This document shows positions 12,701 through 27,700 of a stretch of 64,000 bases of DNA, in pieces. Below the pieces are notes generated by a model. The model was given only the letters and a program-made list of their open reading frames with translations. It did no database searches and was not told where the DNA came from. Position numbers and translations under genes: made by a program. Position 1 is the first letter of the stretch. Each line of letters starts with the position of its first letter. This stretch comes from Eledone cirrhosa (lineage: Eukaryota), in the NCBI GenBank assembly GCA_964016885.1, contig OZ024744.1, positions 12,276,001 to 12,340,000 of the forward strand, written 5' to 3'.

Positions 12701-15700
12701 ACTTGGTCTCCATATTACCACAGAGGAGAGGAAGACCTCTGGTGTCCTTGGTCCCCATATTATCACAGAGAAGAGGACCTCTGGTGTCCTTGGTCTCCAT
12801 ATTACCACAGAGGAGAGGAAGACCTCTGGTGTCCTTGGTCTCCATATTACCACAGAGGAGAGGATCTCTGGTGTCCTTGGTCCCCACATTACCACAGAGA
12901 AGAGGACCTCTGGTGTCCTTGGTCTCCATATTACCACAGAGGAGAGGAAGACCTATGGTGTCCTTGGTCTCCATATTACCACAGAGGAGAGGAAGACCTA
13001 TGGTGTCCTTGGTCTACATATTACCACAGAGGAGAGGAAGACCTCTGGTGACCTTGGTCTCCATATTACCACAGAGGAGAGGTCCTCTAATGTCCTTGGT
13101 CTCCATATTACCACAGAGGAGAGGAAGACCTCTGGTGTCCTTGGTCCCCATATTACCACAGAGGAGAGGAAGACCTCAGGCGTCCTTGGTCTCCATATTA
13201 CCACAGAGGAGAGGAAGACCTCTGGTGTCCTTTGTCTCCATATTACCACAGAGGAGAGGACCTCTGATGTCCTTGGTCTCCATTTTACCACAGAGGAGAG
13301 GACCTCTGGTGTCCTTGGTCTCCACATTACCACAGAGGAGAGGACGACCTCTGGTGTCCTTGGTCTCCACATTAACACAGAGGAGAAGAAGACCTCTGGT
13401 GTCCTGGCTCCCCACATTACCACAGACGAGAGCAAGACCACTGGTGTCCTTGATCTCCAGATTACTACAGAGGAGAGGAAGACCTCTGGTGACTTGGTCT
13501 CCATATTACCACAGAGGAGAGGAAGACCTCTGGTGTCCTTGGTCCCCATATTACCACAGACAAGAGGACCTCTGGTGTCCTTGGTCTCCATATTACCACA
13601 GAGGAGAGGAAGACGGCTGATGTCCTTGGTCTCCATATTACCTCAGAGGAGAGGAAGACCTCTGGTGTCCTTGGTCTCCATATTACCTCAGAGGAGAGGA
13701 AGACCTCTGATGTCCTTGGTCTCCACATTACCACAGAGGAGAGGACCTCTGGTGTCCTTGGTCTCCACATTACCACAGAGGAGAGGAAGAACTCTGGTGT
13801 CCTTGGTCTCCATATTACCACAGAGACGAGGACGTGCTCTGGTGTCCTTGGTCTCCATATTACCCCAGAGGAGAGGAAGAGCTCTGGTGTCCTTGGTCTC
13901 CCAATTACCACAGAGGAGAGGAAGACCTCTGGTATCCTTGGTCCCCGTATTACCACAAAGGAGAGGACGACCTCTGGTAACCTTGGTTCCCATATTACCA
14001 CAGAGGAGAGGAAGATCTCTGGTGTCCTTGGTCCCCACATTACCACAGAGGAGAGGACGCCCTCTGGTGTCCTTGGTCTCCATATTACCACAGAGGAGAG
14101 GACGACCTCTGGTGTCCTTGGTCTCCACATTACCACAGAGGAGAAGAAGACCTCTGGTGTCCTTGGTCCCAACATTACCACAGAGGAGAGGAAGACCTCT
14201 GGTGTCCTGGCTCCCCACATTACCACAGACGAGAGGAAGACCACTGGTGTCCTTGGTCTCCATATTACCACAGAGGAGAGGAAGACCTCTGGTGACTTGG
14301 TCTCCATATTACCACAGAGGAGTGGAAGACCTCTAGTGTCCATGGTGTCCACATTGACACAGACAGAGGAAGACCTGTGGTGTCCTTGGTCCCCACATTA
14401 CCACCATAGAGAGAAAGACCTCTGGTGTCTTTGCCTCCCCACATTACAACACAGGAGAGGAAGACCTCTGTTGTCCTTGCTCTCCATATTATCACAGAGG
14501 AGAGGACCTCTGATACCTTGGTCTCCACATTACCACAGAGGAGAGGAAGACCTCTGGTGTCCTTGGTCCCCACATTACCACAGAGCAGAGGGAGACCTCT
14601 AGTGTCCTTGGTCTCCATATTACCACAGAGGGAGGACCTCTGGTGTCCTTGGTCTCTACATTACCACAGTGGAGAGGAAGACCTCTAGTGTCCTTGGTCT
14701 CCATATTACCACAGAGGAGAGGAAGACTTCTGGTGTCCTTGGTTCCCATATTACCACAGAGGAGAGGAAGACCTCTCGTGCCCTTGGTCCCCATAATACC
14801 ACAGAGGAGAGAAGCTCTGGTGTCCTTGGTCTCTACATTACCACAGAGAAGAGGACCTCTATTGTCCTTGGTCTCCACATTACCACAGAGGAGAGGAAGA
14901 CCTCTAGTGTCCTTGGTCCCCACATTACCACAGAGGAGAGGAAGACCCCTAGTTTCCTTGGTCCCCACATTACCACAGAGCTGAGGAAGACCCCTAGTGT
15001 CCTCGGTCCCCACATTACCACAGAGGAGAGGAAGACCCCTAGTGTCCTTGGTCTCCATATTACCACAGAGGAGAGGAAGACCCCTAGTGTCCTTGGTCCC
15101 CACATTACCACAGAGAAGAGCACCTCTGATGTCTTTGGACTCCACATTACCACAGTGGAGAGGAAGACACCGAGTGTCCTTGGTTTCCACATTACCACAG
15201 AGGAGAGGAAGACCCCTAGTGTCCTTGGTCCCCACATTACCACAGAGAAGAGCACCTCTGATGTCTTTGGACTCCACATTACCACAGTGGAGAGGAAAGA
15301 CCCCGAGTGTCCTTGGTCTCCACATTACCACAGAGGAGAGGACCTCTGGTGTCCTTGGTCATCACATTACCACAGAGGAGAGAACCTCTGGTGTCCTTGC
15401 TCTCCACATTACCACAGAGGAGAAGAAGACCTCTGGTGCCTTGGTCTTCATATTACCACAGAGGAGAGAAAGATCTATGGTGTCCTTGGTCCCCACATTA
15501 CCACAGAGGAGAGGAAGACCCCTAGTGTCCTTGGTCTCCATATTACCACAGAGGAGAGGAAGACCCCTAGTGTCCTTGGTCCCCACATTACCACAGAGAA
15601 GAGCACCTCTGATGTCTTTGGACTCCACATTACCACAGTGGAGAGGAAGACACCGAGTGTCCTTGGTTTCCACATTACCACAGAGGAGAGGAAGACCCCT

Positions 15701-18700
15701 AGTGTCCTTGGTCCCCACATTACCACAGAGAAGAGCACCTCTGATGTCTTTGGACTCCACATTACCACAGTGGAGAGGAAGACCCCGAGTGTCCTTGGTC
15801 TCCACATTACCACAGAGGAGAGGACCTCTGGTGTCCTTGGTCATCACATTACCACAGAGGAGAGAACCTCTGGTGTCCTTGCTCTCCACATTACCACAGA
15901 GGAGAAGAAGACCTCTGGTGCCTTGGTCTTCATATTACCACAGAGGAGAGAAAGATCTATGGTGTCCTTGGTCCCCACATTACCACAGAGGAGAGGAAGA
16001 CCCCTAGTGTCCTTGGTCTCCATATTACCACAGAGGAGAGGAAGACCCCTAGTGTCCTTGGTCCCCACATTACCACAGAGAAGAGCACCTCTGATGTCTT
16101 TGGTCTCCACATTACCACAGAGTAGAGGAAGACACCGAGTGTCCTTGGTTTCCACATTACCACAGAGGAGAGGAAGACCTCTAGTTTCCTTGGTCCCCAT
16201 ATTACCACAGAGGAGAGAACCTCTGATATCCTTGGTCTCCACATAACCACAGAGGAGAGGAAGACCCCTGGTGTCCTTGGTCTCCATATTACTACAGAGG
16301 AGAGGAAGACTTCTAGTGTCCTTGGTCTCAACATTACCACAGAGGAGAGGACCTCTGGTGTCCTTGGTCTCCACATTACCACAGAGGAGAGGAAGACCTC
16401 TGGTGCCTTGGTCTCCATATTACCACAGAGGAGAGGATCTCTGGTGTCCTTGGTCCCCACATTACCACAGAGAAGAGGACCTCTGGTGTCCTTGGTCTCC
16501 ATATTACCACAGAGGAGAGGAAGACCTATGGTGTCCTTGGTCTACATATTACCACAGAGGACAGGAAGACCTCTGGTGACCTTGGTCTCCATATTACCAC
16601 AGAGGAGAGGACCTCTGATATCCTTGGTCTCCATGTTACCACAGAGGAGAGTAAGACATCTGGTGTCCCTGGTCTCCACATTACGACAGAGGAGAGGTCC
16701 TCTGATGTCCTTCGTCTCCATATTACCACAGAGGAGAGGAAGACCTCTGGTGTCCTTGGTCCCCATATTACCACAGAGGAGAGGAAGACCTCAGGCATCC
16801 TTGGTCTCCATATTACCACAGAGGAGAGGAAGACCTCTGGTGTCCCTGGTCTCCACATTACGACAGAGGAGAGGTCCTCTGATGTCCTTCGTCTCCATAT
16901 TACCACAGAGGAGAGGAAGACCTCTGGTGTCCTTGGTCCCCATATTACCACAGAGGAGAGGAAGACCTCAGGCATCCTTGGTCTCCATATTACCACAGAG
17001 GAGAGGAAGACCTCTGGTGTCCTTGGTCCCCACATTACCACAAAGGAGAGGAAGACCTCTGGTGTCCTTGGTCTCCACATTACCACAGAGGAGAGGAAGA
17101 ACTCTGGTGTCCTTGGTCTCCATATTACCACAGAGGAGAGGAAGACCTCTGGTGACTTGGTCTCCACATTACCACAGAGGAGAGGAAGAACTCTGGTGTC
17201 CTTGGTCTCCATATTACCACAGAGGAGAGGAAGACCTCTGGTGACTTGGTCTCCATATTACCACAGAGGAGTGGAAAACCTCTAGTGTCCTTGGTGTCCA
17301 CATTAACACAGACAGAGGAAGACCTGTGGTGTCCTTGGTCCCCACATTACCACCATAGAGAGGAAGACCCCTGGTGTTTTTGCTCCCCACATTACAACAG
17401 AGGAGAGGAAGACCTCTGTTGTCCTTGCTCTCCATATTATCACAGAGGAGAGGACCTCTGATACCTTGGTCTCCACATTACCACAGAGGAGAGGAAGACC
17501 TCTGGTGTCCTTGGTCCCCACATTACCACAGAGCAGAGGGAGACCTCTAGTGTCCTTGGTCTCCATATTACCACAGAGGGAGGACCTCTGGTGTCCTTGG
17601 TCTCCACATTACCACAGAGGAGAGGAAGACCTCTGGTGTCCTTGGTCTCTACATTACCACAGAGGAGAGGAGCTCTGGTGTCCTTGGTCCCCACATTACC
17701 ACAGAGGAGAGGAAGACCTCTAGTGTACTTGGTCTCCATATTACCACAGAGGAGAGGACCTCTGATGTCCTTGGTCTCCACATTACCACAGAGGAGAGGA
17801 CCTCTGGTGTCCTTGGTCCCCACATTACCACAGAGGAGAGGAAGACCTCTAGTGTCCTTGGTCTCCATATTACCACAGAGGAGAGGAAGACTTCTGGTGT
17901 CCTTGGTCCCCATATTACCACAGAGGAGAGGAAGAGCTCTAGTGTCCTTGGTCTCCACATTACCACAGAGGAGAGAAGCTCTGGTGTCCTTGGTCTCCAC
18001 ATTACCACAGAGGAGAGGAAGACCTCTGGTGTCCTTGGTCCCCATATTACCACAGAGAAGAGGACCTCTGGTGTCCTTGGTCTCCATATTACCACAGAGG
18101 AGAGGAAGACCTCTGATGTCCTTGGTCTCCACATAACCAGAGAAAAGAGGAAGTCTTCTGGTGTCCTTGGTCTCCATATTACCACAGAGGAGACGAAGAC
18201 CTCTGGTGTCCTTGGTCTCCATATTACCACAGAGACGAGTACGACCTCTGGTGTCCTTGGTCTCCATATTACCACCATAGGGAGGAAGACCTCTGGTGTC
18301 TTTGCTCCCCACATTACAACAGAGGAGAGGAAGACCTCTGTTGTCCTTGCTCTCCATATTATCACAGAGGAGAGGACCTCTGATACCTTGGTCTCCACAT
18401 TACCACAGAGGAGAGGAAGACCTCTGATGTCCTTGGTCTCCACATAACCAGAGAAAAGAGGAAGTCTTCTGGTGTCCTTGGTCTCCATATTACCACAGAT
18501 GAGAGGAAGACCTCTGGTGTCCTTGGTCTCCATATTACCACAGAGACGAGTACGACCTCTGGTGTCCTTGGTCTCCATATTACCCCAGAGGAGAGGAAGA
18601 GCTCTGGTGTCCTTGGTATCCAAATTACCACAGAGGAGAGGACGACCTCTGGTAACCTTGGTCCCCATATTACCACAGAGGAGAGGAAGATCTCTTGTGT

Positions 18701-21700
18701 CCTTGGTCCCCTTATTACCACAGAGGAGAGGACGACCTCTGGTGTCCTTGGTCTCCATATTACCACCATAGAGAGGAAGACCTCTGGTGTCTTTGCTCCC
18801 CACATTACAACAGAGGAGAGGAAGACCTCTGTTGTCCTTGCTCTCCATATTATCACAGAGGAGAGGACCTCTGATACCTTGGTCTCCACATTACCACAGA
18901 GGAGAGGAAGACCTCTGGTGTCCTTGGTCCCCACATTACCACAGAGCAGAGGGAGACCCCTAGTGTCCTTGGTCTCCATATTACCACAGAGGGAGGACCT
19001 CTGGTGTCCTTGGTCTCCATATTACCACAGAGGAGAGGAAGACCTCTGGTGTCCTTGGTCTCCATATTACCTCAGAGGAGAGGACCTCTGGTGTCCTTGG
19101 TCTCCACATTACCACAGAGGAGAGGACCTCTGGTGTCCTTGGTCTTCATATTACCACAGAGGAGAGGAAGACCCCTGGTGTCCTTGGTCCCCATATTACC
19201 AGAGAGAAGAGGACCTCTGGTGTCCTTGGTCTCCATATTACCACAGAGGAGTGGAAGACCTATGGTGTCCTTGGTCTCCATATTACCACAGAGGAGAGGA
19301 AGACCTCTGGTTTCCTTGGTCCCCATATTACCACAGAGGAGAGGAAGAGCTCTGGTGTCCTTGGTCCCCACATTACCACAGGGGAGAGGAAGACCTCTTG
19401 TGTCCTTGGTCCCCACATTACCACAGAGGAGAGGAAGAGCTCTGGTGTCCTCTGTCTCCAAATTACCACAGAGGAGAGGAAGACCTTTGGTGTCCTTGGT
19501 CCCCGTATTACCACAGAGGAGAGGACGACCTCTGGTGTCCTTGGTCGCCATATTACCACAGAGGAGAGGAAGATCTCTGGTGTCCTTGGTCCCCATATTA
19601 CCACAGAGGAGAGGACGACCTCTGGTGTCCCTGGTCCCCACATTACCACAGAGGAGAGGAAGACCTCTGGTGTCCTTGGTCCCCACATTACCACAGAGGA
19701 GAGGATGACCTCTGGTGTCCTTGGTCTCCACATTTCCACAGAGAAGAGCACCTCTATTGTCCTTGGTCTCCATATTACCACAGAGGAGAGGTAGACCATT
19801 GGTGACCTTGGTCTCCATATTACCACAGAGGAGAGGAATACCTCTAGTGTCCATAGTCTCCACATTACCACAGAGACGAGGAACACCTCTGGTGACCTTG
19901 GTCTCCATATTATCACAGAGAAGAGGACCTCTGGTGTCCTTGGTCCCCACATTACCACAGAGACGAGGACGACCTCTGGTGTCTTTGGTCTCCATATTAC
20001 CCAAGAGGAGAGGAAGAGCTCTGGTGTCCTTGGTTTCCAAATTACCACAGAGGAGAGGAAGACCTCTGGTGTCCTTGGTCCCCGTATTACCACAGAGGAG
20101 AGGACGATCTCTGGTGTCCTTGGTCCCCATATTACCACAGAGGAGAGGAAGACCTCTGGTGTCCTTGGTCCCCACATTACCACAGAGGAGAGGACGACCT
20201 CTGGTGTCCTTGGTCTCCACATTACCACAGAGAAGAGGACCTCTAGTCTCCTTGGTCTCCATATTACCACAGATGAGAGGACCTCTGTTGTCCTTGCTCT
20301 CCATATTAACACAGAGGAGAAGACCTCTGATACCTTGGTCTCCACATTACCACAGAGCAGAGGGAGACCCCTAGTGTCCTTGGTCTCCATATTAACATAG
20401 AGGGAGGATTTCTGGTGTCATTGGTCCCCATATTACAACAGAGGAGAGGAAGACCTCTGTTGTCCTTGGTCCCCATATTACCACAGAGGAGAGGACCTCT
20501 GGTGTCCTTGGTCTCCACATTACCAGAGAAAAGAGGAAGTCTTCTGGTGTCCATGGTCTCCATATTACCACAGAGGAGAGAAAGACATCTGGTGTCCTTG
20601 GTCTCCATATTACCACAGAGGAGAGAACCTCTATTGTCCTTGGTCTCCATATTACCACAGAGGAGAGAAAGACCACTGGTGTCCTTGGTCCCCACATTAC
20701 CACAGAGGAGAGAAATACATCTGGTGTCCTTGGTCCCCACATTACCACAGAGGAGAGGAAGAGCTCTGGTGTCATTGGTCTCCATATTACCACAGAGACG
20801 AGGATGACCTCTAGTGTCCTTGGTCTCCATATTACCCCAGAGAAGAGGAAGAGCTCTGGTGTCCTTGGTCCCCATATTACCACAGAGGAGAGGAAGACCT
20901 CTGCTGTCCTTGGTTTCCAAATTACCATAGAGGTGAGGAAGACCTCTGGTGTCCTTGGTCCCCGTATTACCACAGAGGAGAGGACGACCTCTGGTGTCCT
21001 TGGTCCCCATATTACCACAGAGGAGAGGACGACCTCTGGTGTCCTTGGTCCCCACATTACAACAGAGGAGAGGACGACCTATGGTGTCCTTGGTCTCCAC
21101 ATTACCACAGTGGAGAGAAAGACTTCTTGTGTCCTTGGTCTTCATATTACCACAGAGGAGAGGACCTCTGGTGTCCTTGGTCTCCACATTACTACAGAGG
21201 AGAGGAAGACTTCTGGTCTCCTTGGTCCCCACATTACCACTGAGGAGAGGAAGACCTCTGGTGTCCTTGGTCTCCATATTACCACAGAAGAGAGGACCTC
21301 TGATGTGCTTTGTCTCCACATTACCACAGGAGAGAGGATCTCTGGTGTCCTTGGTCTCCTTATTACCACAGAAGAGAAGAAGACTTCTGGTGTCCTTGGT
21401 CTCCATATTACCATAGAGGAGAGGACCTCTGATATCCTTCGTCTCCATATTACCCCAGAGGAGAGGAAGACCTCTGGTGTCCTTGGTCTCCATATTACCA
21501 CAGAGGAGAAGACTTCTGGTGTCCTTGGTCTCCATATTACCACAGAGGAGAGGAAGACCTCTGGTGTCCTTGGTCTCCATATTACCACAGAGGAGAGGAA
21601 GACCTCTGGTGTCCTTGGTCTCCACATTGCCACAGAGGAGAGGAAGACCTCTGGTGTCCTTGCTCTCCATATTTCCACAGAGGAGAAGAAGACCGCTGGT

Positions 21701-24700
21701 GTCCTTGCTCCCCACATTACCACAGACGAGAGGAAGACCTCTGATGTCCTTGGTCTCCACATTAGCACAGAGGAGAGGAAGACCCCTAGTGTCCTTGGTC
21801 CCAACATTACCACAGAGGAGAGGACCTCTGGTGTCCTTCGTCTCGAAATGACCAGAGAGGAGGGTACCTCTGGTGTCCTTGGCCCCATATTACCACCGAG
21901 GAGAGGAAGACCTCTGATGTCCTTGGTCTCCATATAAAAAACAGAGACGAGGACCTCTGGTGTCCTTGGTCTCCACATTACCACAGACGAGAAGACTTCT
22001 GGTGTCCTTGGTCTCCACATTACCACAGAGGAGAGGAAGACCTCTGGTGTTCTTGGTCTCCACATTACCACAGAGGAGAGGAAGATATCTGGTGTCATTG
22101 GTCCCCATATTACCACAGAGGAATGGACAACCTCTGGTGTCCTTGGTCCCCATATTACCACAGAGGAGAGGACGACTTCTGGTGTCCTTGGTCCCCATAT
22201 TACCACAGAGGAGAGGAAGACCTCTGGTGTACTTGGTCCCCATATTACCACAGAGGAGAGGACGACCTCTTGTGTCCGTGGTCCCCACATTACCACAGGG
22301 GAGAGGGAGACATCTGGTGTCCTTGGTCTCCATATTACCACAGAGGAGAGGAGGACCTCTAGTGTCCTTGGTCCCCACATTACCACAGAGGAGAGGAAGA
22401 TCCCTAGTGTCCTTGGTCTCCATATTACCACAGAGGAGAGGACCTCTGATGTCCTTGGTCTCCACATTACCACAGAGGAGAGGAAGAACCCTAGTGTCTT
22501 TGGTCTCCATATTACCACAGAGGAGAGGAGGACCTCTAGTGTCCTTGGTCCCAACATTACCACAGAGGAGAGGAGATCTGGTGTCCTTCGTCTCGAAATG
22601 ACCACAGAAGAGAGGACCTCTGGTGTCCTTGGTCTTCATATTACCACAGAGGAGAGGAAGATCTATGGTGTCCTTGGTCTCCATATTACCACAGAGGAGT
22701 GGAAGACCTATGGTGTCCTTGGTCTCCATATTACCACAGAGGAGAGGATGACCTCTGGTTTCCTTGGTCCCCATATTACCACAGAGGAGAGGAAGACCTC
22801 TGGTGTCCTTGGTCCCCATATTACCACAGAACAGAGGACGACCTCTGGTGTCCTTGGTCCCGCTATTACCACAGAGGAGAGGACGACCTCTGGTGTCCTT
22901 CGTCTCCATATTACCACAGAGGAGAGGACGACCTCTGGTGTCCTTGGTCGCCATATTACCACAGAGGAGAGGAAGATCTCTGGTGTCCTTGGTCCCCATA
23001 TTACCACAGAGGAGAGGACGACCTCTGGTATCTTTGGTCCCCATATTACCACAGAGGAGAGGACGACCTCTGGTGTTCCTGGTCCCCACATTACCACAGA
23101 GGAGAGGACCTCTAGTGTCCTTGGTCTCCCCATTACCACAGAGACGAGGAACACCTCTGGTGACCTTGGTCTCCATATTATCACAGAGAAGAGGACCTCT
23201 GGTGTCCTTGGTCCCCACATTACCACAGAGACGAGGACGACCTCTGGTGTCCTTCGTCTCCATATTACCCCAGAGGAGAGGAAGAGCTCTGGTGTCCTTG
23301 GTTTCCAAATCACCACAGAGGAGAGGAAGACCTCTGGTGTCCTTGGTCCCCGTATTACCACAGAGGAGAGGACGATCTCTGGTGTCCTTGGTCTCAACAT
23401 TACCAGAGAGGAGAGGACGATCTCCGGTGTCCTTGATCCCCATATTACCACAGAGGAGAGGACGACATCTGGTGTCCTTGGTCCCCACATTACCACAGAG
23501 GAGAGGACGACCTCTGGTGTCCCTGGTCTCCACATTACCACAGAGAAGAGGACCTCTAGTCTCCTTGGTCTCCATATTACCACAGAGGAGAGGACCTCTG
23601 GTGCCCTTGGTATCCACATTACCACAGAGGAGAGGACCTCTGTTGTCCTTGCTCTCCATATTATCACAGAGGAGAAGACCTCTGATACCTTGGTCTCCAC
23701 ATTACCACAGAGCAGAGGGAGACCCCTAGTGTCCTTGGTCTCCATATTACCACAGAGGGAGGACCTCTGGTGTCCTTGGTGTCCATATTACCACAGAGGA
23801 GAGGAAGACCTCTGCTGTCCTTGGTCTCCATATTACCACAGAGGAGAGAAAGACCTCTGGTGTCCTTTGTCTCCACATTACCACAGAGAAGAGGACGTCT
23901 GAGGTCCTTGGTCTCCATATTACCACAGAGGAGAGGAAGACCTCTGTTGTCCATGGTCCCCATATTACCACAGAGGAGAGGACCTCTGGTGTCCTTGGTC
24001 TCCTCATTACCAGAGAAAAGAGGAAGTCTTCTGGTGACCTTGGTCTCCATATTACCACAGAGGAGAGAAAGACCTCTGGTGTCCTTGGTCTCCATGTTAC
24101 CACAGAGAAGAGGAAGACCTCTGGTGTCCTTGGTCTCCATATTATCACAGAGGAGAAGACCTCTGATACCTTGGTCTCCACATTACCACAGAGCAGAGGG
24201 AGACCCCTAGTGTCCTTTGTCTCCACATTACCACAGAGAAGAGGACGTCTGATGTCCTTGGTCTCCATATTACCACAGAGGGGAGAAAGACCTCTGTTGT
24301 CCTTGGTCCCCATATTACCACAGAGGAGAGGACCTCTGGTGTCCTTGGTCTCCACATTACCAGAGAAAAGAGGAAGTCTTCTGGTGTCCTTGGTCTCCAT
24401 ATTACCACAGAGGAGAGAAAGACCTCTGGTGTCCTTGGTCCCCACATTACCACAGAGGAGAGGAAGAGCTCTGGTGTCCTTGGTCTCCATATTACCACAG
24501 AGACGAGGATGACCTCTGGTGTCCTTGGTCTCCATATAACCCCAGAGAAGAGTAAGAGCTCTGGTGTCCTTGGTCCCCATATTACCACAGAGGAGAGGAA
24601 GACCTCTGCTGTCCTTGGTTTCCAAATTACCATAGAGGAGAGGAAGACCTCTGGTGTCCTTGGTCCCCGTATTACCACAGAGGAGAGGACGACCTCTGGT

Positions 24701-27700
24701 GTCCTTGGTCCCCATATTACCACAGAGGAGAGGACGACCTCTGGTGTCCTTGGTCCCCACATTACAACAGAGGAAAGGACGACCTATGGTGTCCTTGGTC
24801 TCCACATTACCACATGGAGAGAAAGACTTCTTGTGTCCTTGGTCTTCATATTACCACAGAGGAGAGGACCTCTGGTGTCCTTGGTCTCCACATTACCACA
24901 GAGGAGAGGAGCTCTGGTTTCCTTGGTCCCCACATTACCACAGAGTAGATGAAGACTCCGAGTGTCCTTCGTCTCCATATTACCACAGAGGAGAGGAAGA
25001 CCCCTAGTGTCCTTGGTCCCCACATTACCACAGAGAAGAGGAAGACCTCTATTGTCCTTGGTCCCCATATTACCACAGAGGAGAGAACATCTGATGTCCT
25101 TGGTCTGCACATTACCACAGAGGAGAGGAAGACCCCTGGTGTCCTTGGTCTCCATATTACCACAGAGGAGAGGAATACCTCTAGTGTCCTTGGTCTCAAC
25201 ATTACCACAGAGGAGAGGATCTCTGGTGTCCTTGGTCTCCACATTACGACAGAGGAGACGAAGCCCTCTGGTGTCCTTGGTCTCCATATCGCCACCGAGG
25301 AGAGGACTTCTGCTGTCTTTGGTTTCCACATTACCACAGAGGAGTGGAAGACCTCTGGTGTCTTTGGTCTCCATATTATCACAGAGGAGCAGACCTCTGG
25401 TGTCCTTGATCTCCACATTACCACAGAGGAGCGAACCTCTGGTGACCTTGCTCTCCCCATTACCACATAGTAGAGGACCTCTGGTGTCCTTCGTCTCCAC
25501 ATTACCACAGAGGATAGGAAGACCTCTGATGTTTTTGGTCTCCATATTATAACAGAGAAAAGAACCTCTGGTGTGCTTGGTCTCCATATTAAAAACAGAG
25601 AAGAGGACCTCTGGTGTCCTTCGTCTCCATATTACCACAAAGGAGAGGAAGATCTATCGTGTCCTTGGTCTGCATATTACCACAGAGGAGAGAAAACCTC
25701 TGGTGTCATTGGTCCCCACATTACCACAGACGAGAGGAAGATCTCTGATGTCCTTGGTCTCCATATTACCACAGAGGAGAGGAAGACCTCTGGTGTCCTT
25801 AGGTCCCCACATTACCACAGACGAGAGGAAGACCTCTGATGTCCTTGGTCTCCATATTACCACAATGGAGAGAACGACCTCTGGTGTCCTTGCACCCCAC
25901 ATTACCACAGACGAGAGGAAGACCTATGGTGTCCTTGGTCTCCATATTAAAAACAGAGAAGAGGACCTCTGGTGTCCTTCGTCTCCATATTACCACAGAG
26001 GAGAGTAAGTCCTCTGGTGTCCTGGGTCTCCATATTATCACAGAGGAGAGGAAGAACTATGGTGTCCTTGGTCTCAATATTACCACAGAGGAGAGGAAGA
26101 TCTATGGTGTCCTTGGTCTGCATATTACCACAGAGGAGAGAAAGACCTCTGGTGTCCTTGTTCCCCACATTACCACAGACGAGAAGAAGACCGCTGATGT
26201 CCTTGGTCTCCATATTACCACAGAGGAGAGGAAGACCTCTGGTGTCCTTGCTCCCCACATTACCACAGACGAGAGGAAGACCTATGGTGTCCTTGGTCTC
26301 CATATTACCACAGAGGAGTGGAAGACCTATGGTGTCCTTCGTCTCCATATTACCACGGAGGAGAGGAAGACCTCTGGTTTCCTTGGTCCCCATATTACCA
26401 CAGAGGAGAGGAAGACCTCTGGTATCCTTGGTCCCGATATTAACACAGAGGAGAGGATGACCTCTGATGTCCTTGGTCTCAACATTACCACAGAGGAGAG
26501 GAAGACCTATGGTGTCCTTCGTCTCCATATTACCACAGAGGATAGGAAGACCTTTGGTGTCCTTGGTCCCCATATTACCACAGAACAGAGGACGACCTCT
26601 GGTCTCCTTGGTCCCGATATTACCACAGAGGAGAGGATGACCTCTGATGTCCTTGGTCTCCACATTACCACAGAGGAGAAAAAATCTGTTGTTCTTGGTC
26701 TCCATATTACCACAGAGGAGAGGACCTCTGATGTCCTTGGGCTCCATATTACCCCAGAGGAGTGTAAGACCTCTGGCGTCCTTGGTCTCCACATTACCAC
26801 AGACGAGAGGAAGACCTATGGTGTCCTTGGTCCCCATATTACCACAGAGGAGAGGACCTCTGATGTCCTTGGTCTCAACATTACCACAGAGGAGAGGAAG
26901 ACCTATGGTGTCCTTCGTCTCCATATTACCAAAGAGGAGAGGACCTCTGATGTCCTTGGTCTCCATATTACCACAGAGGAGAGGAAGACCTCTGGTGTCC
27001 TTCGTCCCCATATTACCACAGACGAGAGGACGACCTCTGGTATCCTTGGTCCCCATATTACCAGAGAGGAGAGGAAGACCTCTGTTGTCATTGGTCCCCA
27101 TATTACCACAGAGGAGAGAAAGATCTCCGGTGTCCTTGGTCTCCATATTGCCACAGAGGAGACGAAGACCTATGGTGTCCTTGGTCTCCATATTACCAAA
27201 GAGTAGAGGACGACCTCTGGTGTCCTTGGTCCACATATTTCCACAGAGTAGAGGACGACCTCTGGCGTCTTTGGTCCCCATATTACAACAGAGGAAAGGA
27301 CGACCCCTAGTGTCCTAGGTCCCCACATTACCACAGAGGAGAGGTCGACCTCTGGTGTCCTTGGTCTCCACATTACCACAGAGGAGAGGAAGACCCCTAG
27401 TGTGCTTGGTCTCCATATTACCACAGAGGAGAGGAAGACCCCTAGTGTCCTTGGTCTCCATATTACCACAGAGACGAGGATGACCTCTGGTGTCCTTGGT
27501 CTCCATATAACCCCAGAGAAGAGGAAGAGCTCTGGTGTCCTTGGTACCCATATTACCACAGAGGAGAGGAAGACCTATGGTGTCCTTGGTCTCCATATTA
27601 CCGACGACCTCTGGTATCCGTGGTCCCCATATTACGACAGAGGAGAGGAAGACCTCCGGTGTCCTTGGTCCCCATATTACAACAGAGAAGAGGACCTCTG